From a virus (lineage: Duplodnaviria; Heunggongvirae; Uroviricota; Caudoviricetes), in IMG/VR virus record IMGVR_UViG_2526164649_000019: 6,745 nt of DNA; one strand, 5' to 3'. Under the pieces are notes generated by a model, which did not search any database, was not told where the DNA came from, and saw only the letters and a program-made list of their open reading frames with translations. Below, one piece after another: positions 1 through 6,265 of the stretch; position 1 is the stretch's first letter; the number at the start of each line of letters is the position of its first letter. The position numbers were made by a program, and so were the translations under genes.

Positions 1-525
1 CTGCTGAACCAGACGTTCGCTCCTACAGCACCAAATCAGGTCTGGGTGGCGGACCTGACGTATGTTGCCACACAGGAGGGATGGTTGTACCTCGCTGGCA
101 TCAAAGATGTTTATACGTGCGAAATTGTCGGCTACGCCATGGGAGAGCGCATGACAAAAGAGCTGACAGGTAAAGCCCTGTTTATGGCGCTCAGGAGCCA
201 GCGCCCACCTGCCGGGCTAATCCACCACTCTGATCGAGGTTCACAGTACTGCGCATACGATTACCGGGTCATACAGGAGCAGTTTGGTCTGAAAACATCA
301 ATGTCGCGTAAAGGTAACTGTTACGACAACGCTCCGATGGAAAGCTTCTGGGGAACGCTGAAAAATGAGAGCCTGAGCCACTATCGTTTTAATAACCGGG
401 ATGAAGCCATCTCAGTAATACGGGAATACATTGAGATTTTCTACAATCGTCAGCGTCGTCACTCTCGTCTGGGGAATATCTCCCCGGCAGCCTTCAGGGA
501 AAAATATCATCAGATGGCTGCTTAA
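1..525 (+). CDS. IS3-family transposase OrfB, C-terminal catalytic (DDE/rve) portion; 5' end lies outside the window
   Basis: Frame is open from base 1 (LLNQTFAPTAPNQVWVADLTYV...) to TAA at 523-525. Contains rve-type transposase hallmarks: D in ADLTYV, HSDRGSQY, and GNCYDNAPMESFW with the catalytic E context. Family assignment is by motif recall, not a search. Confidence 0.85.
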   Translation: MLNQTFAPTAPNQVWVADLTYVATQEGWLYLAGIKDVYTCEIVGYAMGERMTKELTGKALFMALRSQRPPAGLIHHSDRGSQYCAYDYRVIQEQFGLKTSMSRKGNCYDNAPMESFWGTLKNESLSHYRFNNRDEAISVIREYIEIFYNRQRRHSRLGNISPAAFREKYHQMAA

Positions 526-562
526 AAAAGAACAAATGGTAGTGTCCGCTATTGCCAGTACA
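1..562 (+). mobile_element. Right-hand part of an IS3-family insertion sequence (possibly IS150-group); tentative right terminus ...GCCAGTACA ending at 562
   Basis: The transposase C-terminus ends at 525. IS3-family ends finish in CA, and the reverse complement of 556-562 reads TGTACTG, which matches my recollection of the IS150 terminus. The exact boundary is uncertain by tens of bp. Confidence 0.45.
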
Positions 563-837
563 CCTCACAACGCCATCCTGACAAGCGTTTTATCTTCAAC
601 GGGAATGAGATATGGAAACGTGGAGAATCAACCACAGAGTATACCCGCGCACACCAGCGAACAATCAGACGACTGCGCAGACTCATCGCCAGGAAACAGT
701 ATACAGAAAAATGGTTCAGAAAATATGACACATGGAGCGCCGGATATTACGAACTGATGGCAACAAAACCATTCTGACGTAAACGAAATTAACCATGACG
801 CAATTAAATAAGGCAAGCCGAATACATCAGGAGGACC

Positions 838-1026
838 ATGAACATTTATTTCAGAATAGTTATATCACTGGCAATTATCGCATGTATTTACGGATTAATC
901 GTTCCGGCCCTCATATCAATGAAGGATACGGTAGCAGTGATTTCTGGCTTTGCTCTGGCGTGTCTGACCCCGCCCTGCATTTATGCCATTTATAAGGGTC
1001 TTTCTTTTTCTAAGGATAAAAGATGA
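838..1026 (+). CDS. Small (62 aa) membrane protein with two predicted transmembrane helices; translationally coupled to the downstream SPFH gene
   Basis: Shine-Dalgarno AGGAGG at 829-834, ATG at 838. Two hydrophobic segments (IVISLAIIACIYGLIVPALI and VAVISGFALACLTPPCIYAIY) and a basic C-terminal tail (KGLSFSKDKR), consistent with both termini in the cytoplasm. Its stop TGA (1024-1026) overlaps the next ATG (1023-1025). Confidence 0.7.
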   Translation: MNIYFRIVISLAIIACIYGLIVPALISMKDTVAVISGFALACLTPPCIYAIYKGLSFSKDKR

Positions 1027-1850
1027 AAAAAGTTATTCCTGCTTTAGCCCTTGTTCTGCTGACCACCGGACTTGTCGGTTGCGATCGCGTTGAGCCTGGT
1101 AATGTTGGCATCAAGGTAAACAAACTGGGCGACGATAAAGGCGTCGGAGAAGTGGTCGGTGTTGGGCGCTACTGGACGGGATGGAACACTGAGGTTTACA
1201 TCTTCCCGACCTTCAAACAAATGAAGACCTACGATGAGCCATTCAGCTTCCAGATGAGTGACGGTACAACCATCGGCTATCACATCGGCGTGGCCTACAA
1301 AGTTGATCCATCCAAAGTTACCACAGTCTTTCAGACCTACCGCAAAGGCGTGGACGACATTACCGACACCGACCTGCGCCAGAAGATAGCCGACGCACTC
1401 AACCGACTGGCCAGCAAAATGACCACCGACAAATTTATCGACGGCGGCAAGTCTGAGCTGCTGGATGCAGCTCTTAAAGACATTCAGGAAGAAATGACGC
1501 CCATCGGTATTCAGGTAATGAGCCTCTCATATGTGGGTAAGCCGGAGTACCCGCCTACTGTTATCGACAGCATTAATGCCAAAGTCACGGCGAACCAGAA
1601 AACCCTGCAACGCGAGCAGGAAGTAAAACAGCGCGAAGCGGAAGCCAACATGTTGCGCGCGGAAGCTGCCGGACAGGCAGATGCGATTCGCACAAAAGCC
1701 CAGGCCGAAGCCGATGCTATTCGTTTACGCGGTGAAGCTCTGCGCCAGAACCCAAACGTTATGGAGCTGGAAGCCATCAACAAGTGGAACGGTACACTGC
1801 CGCAATACATGACCAGCGGTGCCAACACACCATTTATTCAGGTTAAGTAA
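1023..1850 (+). CDS. SPFH/band-7 (stomatin/prohibitin/HflKC-like) lipoprotein, predicted inner-membrane anchored with a periplasmic SPFH domain and a C-terminal Ala/Glu-rich coiled coil
   Basis: Signal peptide MKKVIPALALVLLTTGLVGC with lipobox L-V-G-C, followed by Asp at +2 (CD), the classical Lol-avoidance inner-membrane retention signal. SPFH-like core (GRYWTGWNTEVYIFPTFKQ ... IGIQVMSLSYVGKPEYPPTVIDSINAKV) and a heptad-like tail (QREQEVKQREAEANMLRAEAAGQADAIRTKAQAEADAIRLRGEALRQ). RBS AGGA at about 1011-1014. Confidence 0.88.
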   Translation: MKKVIPALALVLLTTGLVGCDRVEPGNVGIKVNKLGDDKGVGEVVGVGRYWTGWNTEVYIFPTFKQMKTYDEPFSFQMSDGTTIGYHIGVAYKVDPSKVTTVFQTYRKGVDDITDTDLRQKIADALNRLASKMTTDKFIDGGKSELLDAALKDIQEEMTPIGIQVMSLSYVGKPEYPPTVIDSINAKVTANQKTLQREQEVKQREAEANMLRAEAAGQADAIRTKAQAEADAIRLRGEALRQNPNVMELEAINKWNGTLPQYMTSGANTPFIQVK

Positions 1851-1857
1851 TACATAT

Positions 1858-1878
1858 GCCCGGTATTACACGCCGGGC
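1858..1878 (+). other. GC-rich stem-loop (6-bp stem GCCCGG/CCGGGC, 9-nt loop) in the spacer between the SPFH and ORF6N genes; no downstream U-tract
   Basis: Inverted repeat read directly at 1858-1863 and 1873-1878. It is followed by GTCTGGAG rather than a T-run, so it is not a canonical intrinsic terminator; it could be an RNA-stability or processing hairpin. Confidence 0.35.
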
Positions 1879-1893
1879 TGTCTGGAGATAAAA

Positions 1894-2643
1894 ATGAATA
1901 CTGTAACCATCAACAACAAACAGTTTCCGGTAATCGAATATCGCGGTCAGCGTGTTGTGACGCTGGCGATGATTGATGAAGTCCACCAGCGACCGGAAGG
2001 AACCGCGCGTGCAGCATTCAACCGAAACCGTGAGCATTTCATCAGCGGTGTGGATTATGCCGAATTAGGTGCGGACGTAATACGTACGGACCTCCCGGAA
2101 GGAACATTCTCTAAATTTGCACCATCGGGGATTGTACTTTTTGAATCAGGTTACCTGATGTTGACGAAGCCATTCAATGACGCCCTTGCCTGGCAGGTTC
2201 AGCGCGAACTGGTTAACAGCTACTTCCGCACTCGCACACCGCTAACGGAAATCGAGATGATCGCTGCGATAGCCGCCGACGCTGTTCGTCAACAGAAGCG
2301 CCTGAATCATGTGGAAGAACAGCTCGAAACAGTCACAGAAGCGGTGGAAACCATCAAACGCGGAAATATGCGCGCCGGATATGTCGGTTACCGCCAGGTG
2401 GTAGCCAAAAGTGGAATGAGTGACGCCAAGTGTCGGAATCTGGTGAACGCATATCAAATTCCTACAGACACCCACGAATTCATGACTCCGGACGGTCTGT
2501 TGTCTCGCAGGGCTATCGTCGAGCTTGAGCCATTTATGGCGGCGTTCCACCAAATGATGTCAGAGGCTGAACCACACGGCACACGCTGGTATCACCCGAA
2601 GATGGGGCTTTTCCAGGTGATCGGATGGGAGGATAAAGCATGA
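1894..2643 (+). CDS. ORF6N / KilA-N-like DNA-binding domain protein (antirepressor-like phage regulator), 249 aa
   Basis: RBS GGAG at 1884-1887, ATG at 1894 (MNTVTINNKQFPVIEYRGQRVVTLAMIDEV...). N-terminal region carries the pattern typical of ORF6N/KilA-N domains (RNREHFISGVDYAEL ... VLFESGYLMLTKPFND). The C-terminal half is helical and of unknown function. The ORF track's longer version (from 1819) overlaps the SPFH gene and lacks an RBS. Confidence 0.8.
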   Translation: MNTVTINNKQFPVIEYRGQRVVTLAMIDEVHQRPEGTARAAFNRNREHFISGVDYAELGADVIRTDLPEGTFSKFAPSGIVLFESGYLMLTKPFNDALAWQVQRELVNSYFRTRTPLTEIEMIAAIAADAVRQQKRLNHVEEQLETVTEAVETIKRGNMRAGYVGYRQVVAKSGMSDAKCRNLVNAYQIPTDTHEFMTPDGLLSRRAIVELEPFMAAFHQMMSEAEPHGTRWYHPKMGLFQVIGWEDKA

Positions 2644-3209
2644 TCATCCAGTCAAAACTTATTCGCGCCGCTCTGGTGTGCGCTGCTAAAAACGACGTTC
2701 GTTATTACCTGAACGGTCTTCACATCACGCCGAAACATATTGAGGCAACCAATGGTTCCGTGGCACTGCGCATGGCTCACGGCATCCGGACGAAGAAAAA
2801 CATCATTGTCCAGTTCGAAGGGGGCGTCCCGGCCAAAGCCGAAACGACAGAGCTGATTTTTAGTAAAGAGCCGATCGCTGTTCATCGCGACCAGTTTCAG
2901 CGACGACTGTCCATTACCGGCATTAAACTGGTGGACGGTTGTTTTCCGGATTTGGATCGCATCATTCCGAAAAAGTTTGACCGCTGTACTCACCCGGTGC
3001 TCCAGGCGGGTTACCTGAGTTATCCAGAGAAGATGTTTGGTCGTGAGCGTAAATTTATTCCCGTCCAGTTACGTCCCTCCGGTGACGGGCAAGCGGTCAG
3101 AATTCAGTTTGATTCCATCATCAACTCAATGTATGGCAATCCTGAATTTGTTGTGATGCCTTGTCGTGATCATGGCGATTTCAACGTGGCTCAGGAGCAT
3201 CCGGAATGA
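2640..3209 (+). CDS. Truncated beta-sliding-clamp (DnaN-like) protein, 189 aa: clamp domain II-like region plus a shortened domain III-like region
   Basis: RBS GGGAGG at 2627-2632; the ATG at 2640 overlaps the upstream stop (ATGA). Motifs colinear with E. coli DnaN as I recall it: NDVRYYLNG, ATNGSVALRM (cf. ATDGHRLAV), IKLVDGCFPDLDRIIPKK (cf. SKLVDGRFPDYRRVLPK) and EFVVMPCRD (cf. the C-terminal AYVVMPMRL). The CDS call is firm; the homology call is less so (about 0.6). Confidence 0.8.
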   Translation: MIIQSKLIRAALVCAAKNDVRYYLNGLHITPKHIEATNGSVALRMAHGIRTKKNIIVQFEGGVPAKAETTELIFSKEPIAVHRDQFQRRLSITGIKLVDGCFPDLDRIIPKKFDRCTHPVLQAGYLSYPEKMFGRERKFIPVQLRPSGDGQAVRIQFDSIINSMYGNPEFVVMPCRDHGDFNVAQEHPE

Positions 3210-3244
3210 AAATCGAATACCAGGACGCCGCAGGAGGTGAATCA

Positions 3245-3328
3245 ATGAGCTGGCCTGATGCAATCGTAACTCTGGGGATGGTATTCGCAGTAGCGTTTGT
3301 TGTGTACTCGATTTGTCGATGGGGATAA
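3245..3328 (+). CDS. Candidate 27-aa hydrophobic single-helix membrane peptide (MSWPDAIVTLGMVFAVAFVVYSICRWG)
   Basis: Near-consensus Shine-Dalgarno AGGAGGT at 3232-3238 with a 6-7 nt spacer to the ATG at 3245. It fills the gap between the flanking genes exactly (upstream stop 3209, downstream start 3333). Too short for the ORF track. Confidence 0.45.
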   Translation: MSWPDAIVTLGMVFAVAFVVYSICRWG

Positions 3329-3332
3329 CCAC

Positions 3333-3575
3333 ATGTTCGCTTTGATTCAACGCGGGCAGATATACACAGACAGAGCCGGATACCCAGTAGAAATTACTCG
3401 CAGTACTGAGCACTCAGTGTTCTTTCGGAGGATGGACGGACGTACCGGGCGAGTACGCATCGGTGAATTCAGTAGCCTGTTCGAGCATATTGACCACCTG
3501 GAATATCACAAGATTCTGGCTGAAACAGAACAAGAAAAGCACCTGAAGAAATTACGCGCAATGCAAAGGAAGTAA
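3333..3575 (+). CDS. Small conserved-looking phage protein, 80 aa, basic C-terminal helix (possibly a DUF4222-type prophage protein; unverified)
   Basis: ATG at 3333, in frame with the ORF-track ORF 3297-3575; the upstream part of that ORF overlaps the peptide gene, so the internal start is preferred. Weak RBS GGGGA. Sits in the operon context just upstream of the integrase region. Confidence 0.6.
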   Translation: MFALIQRGQIYTDRAGYPVEITRSTEHSVFFRRMDGRTGRVRIGEFSSLFEHIDHLEYHKILAETEQEKHLKKLRAMQRK

Positions 3576-3578
3576 AAA

Positions 3579-3725
3579 ATGAATAAAGCGTTTGAGCTAT
3601 GGGTCCACCAGCGTTACGGCAACCACTACGACCTGACGCGAGATGTTGACGGTTTCTACTGTCGTGAAATTGTGAAACGAATGTTTGAGGTCTGGTGCCA
3701 CTGCCGTGGGCTGAGTGTTGTGTGA
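3579..3725 (+). CDS. Small hypothetical protein, 48 aa, with three Cys and one His (MNKAFELWVHQRYGNHYDLTRDVDGFYCREIVKRMFEVWCHCRGLSVV)
   Basis: RBS AGGAAG at 3567-3572, ATG at 3579, 3 nt after the upstream stop. Same strand and tight packing as its neighbours. No function recognisable. Confidence 0.5.
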   Translation: MNKAFELWVHQRYGNHYDLTRDVDGFYCREIVKRMFEVWCHCRGLSVV

Positions 3726-3733
3726 GGTAATGC

Positions 3734-3896
3734 ATGGGCAATGTGATTCAACTGGCTCCCAATGAATGGGTTTGTGAAAGCGTTCTAATCGCAATTACCG
3801 GGCTCAAACCAGGCACAATTCTTCGGGCCCGGAAAGAATGCTGGATGGTTGGAAGAGAGTATATTCACGTATCACCAGACGGTAATCCAAAGCCTT
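3734..3896 (+). pseudogene. int: 5' segment of the tyrosine integrase gene (N-terminal excisionase/AlpA-like HTH DNA-binding domain), cut off from the rest of the gene by an IS911-like insertion; alternatively a separate xis
   Basis: RBS GAGGT at 3725-3729, ATG at 3734. Product MGNVIQLAPNEWVCESVLIAITGLKPGTILRARKECWMVGREYIHVSPDGNPKP resembles Xis/AlpA winged-helix proteins (cf. lambda Xis ...RRWVRECRIF...GREYLF). From 3898 the frame runs into the IS inverted repeat. Removing the IS and one copy of CTT joins this frame in-frame to the integrase body at 5149. Confidence 0.55.
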
Positions 3897-3897
3897 C

Positions 3898-5104
<1,207 letters not shown>

Positions 5105-5109
5105 ATCAC

Positions 5110-5145
5110 CTCTGTTCAGGTGGCCAAATTCAGTGTGCCACTTCA
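5110..5145. repeat. IS911-like left inverted repeat (IRL)
   Basis: Reverse complement reads TGAAGTGGCACACTGAATTTGGCCACCTGAACAGAG; 24 of 36 positions match the right inverted repeat. Confidence 0.8.
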
Positions 5146-5148
5146 CTT

Positions 5149-6239
5149 TTGGGGTAAGTAAAAAAGAAATTACGGTGAAGGAACTTGAAGAAAAGTGGCT
5201 GGATCTGAAACGAATGGAAATCTCTGCAAATGCATTCAATCGCTATGAATCCGTTGCAAGAACGATGGTTCCGAAAATTGGAGGCGGCAGACTGGTGTCA
5301 TCGGTAACCAAAGAGGAATTGCTGTATATCAGGAAAGATTTGCTGACCGGGTATCAGAATTCAACGAAAAACAAAGCAGCAGCAAAAGGACGGAGCGTCG
5401 TTACTGTAAATTATTACATGACGACAATCGCTGGAATGTTTCAGTTTGCTGCAGATCACGGTTACTTAGAAGCAAATCCCTTCCAGGGAATTAAGCCTCT
5501 TAAAAGAGCCAGGGCAGAGCCAGATCCGCTAACTCGTGACGAATTTATTCGCCTGATAGATGCTTGCCGACATCAGCAGACGAAAAACCTGTGGTCATTG
5601 GCTGTGTACACAGGAATGCGTCACGGTGAACTGGTCTCCCTGGCCTGGGAAGATATCGATCTGAAAGCAGGAACTATTACTATCAGGCGCAATTATACGA
5701 AACTCGGTGAGTTCACTCTACCTAAAACTGAAGCAAGTACAAACAGGGTTGTGCATCTTATCCAGCCCGCTATCAGTGTCCTGAAAAATCAGGCTGAAAT
5801 GACAAGACTGGGTAAGCAGCACCACATCAAGGTTCAACTACGTGAATATGGACGTTCAGTGAATCATGAATGTACTTTCGTATTTAACCCCCAGGTGGTT
5901 AGAAAAAGCAAACAGGTAGGTTTTATCTACAAGGTAGATTCCATTGGCGACTCATGGGAAACAGCCATTAAGCGTGCGGGCATCAGGCACCGGAAAGCAT
6001 ACCAGTCACGACACACTTATGCGTGCTGGTCATTATCTGCCGGAGCAAACCCAAGCTTCATTGCCAGCCAGATGGGCCATGCAAGTGCCCAGATGGTGTT
6101 CAATGTATACGGAGCATGGATGACTGACAGTAATGCAGAACAGATCGCAATGCTGAATCAGAAGCTGGCAGATTATGTCTCAATGATGTCCCATGGTCAC
6201 CAAAGTGACACAAGAGACTTATTAAAATCAGTGGGTTAG
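5149..6239 (+). pseudogene. int: 3' segment of a phage tyrosine integrase (core-binding plus catalytic domain), lacking its own start because of the IS911-like insertion
   Basis: Tyrosine-recombinase motifs: Arg in TGMRHGEL (codon 5619-5621), box II region SRHTYACW...GH (6009-6020), and candidate nucleophile Tyr in FNVYGAWM (codon 6108-6110). Stop TAG at 6237-6239. There is no in-frame start between the IS end and the conserved region; the ORF-track start at 5073 lies inside the IS. Confidence 0.85.
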
Positions 6240-6265
6240 CCTTCAATACCCGTCATGTTAACTGC
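6240..6265. other. Candidate prophage/host junction (attL core region)
   Basis: Lies between the integrase stop (6239) and the point where yecE-like coding similarity begins (about 6251-6266). The exact core cannot be fixed without the other prophage end or an uninterrupted yecE allele. Confidence 0.3.

Noticed and set aside
612-731. 39-codon ORF (METWRINHRVYPRTPANNQTTAQTHRQETVYRKMVQKI) in the orphan leader
   Set aside because: Weak RBS, polar low-complexity product, no supporting context.
431-757. 108-aa + strand ORF spanning the IS end
   Set aside because: It starts inside the transposase gene in another frame, crosses the putative IS terminus, has a low-complexity product and no RBS. Likely spurious, though a truncated tail of a deleted phage gene cannot be excluded.
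549-816. Minus-strand ORFs 549-731 and 628-816
   Set aside because: No RBS, and they overlap each other and the leader. No homology recognisable.
563-837. Sigma-70 promoter for the cassette
   Set aside because: Scanned for TTGACA/TATAAT-like pairs with 16-18 bp spacing. Only poor matches (for example CTGACA at 578-583 with no -10 partner; TATACA near 700 with no -35), so no promoter is called.
1511-1828. Minus-strand 105-aa ORF and other antisense ORFs (1044-1283, 1843-2037, 2242-2553, 2652-2993, 3126-3413, 3469-3741, 3597-3794)
   Set aside because: Each lies entirely inside better-supported + strand genes, lacks an RBS, and has compositionally odd products (for example the antisense of the Ala-rich coiled coil). 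Typical shadow ORFs.
1858-1885. Intrinsic terminator after the SPFH gene
   Set aside because: The hairpin is present but not followed by a U-tract, so it is not called as a terminator.
1819-1893. ORF-track start of the ORF6N gene at 1819 (MPTHHLFRLSNTYARYYTPGCLEIK...)
   Set aside because: It overlaps the last 32 nt of the SPFH gene, has no Shine-Dalgarno, and its sequence is not ORF6N-like. The ATG at 1894 has a GGAG RBS and begins the conserved domain.
3297-3332. ORF-track start at 3297 (MLCTRFVDGDNH...) for the 80-aa gene
   Set aside because: It would overlap the well-supported peptide gene (3245-3328) in another frame. The internal ATG at 3333 follows that gene's stop.
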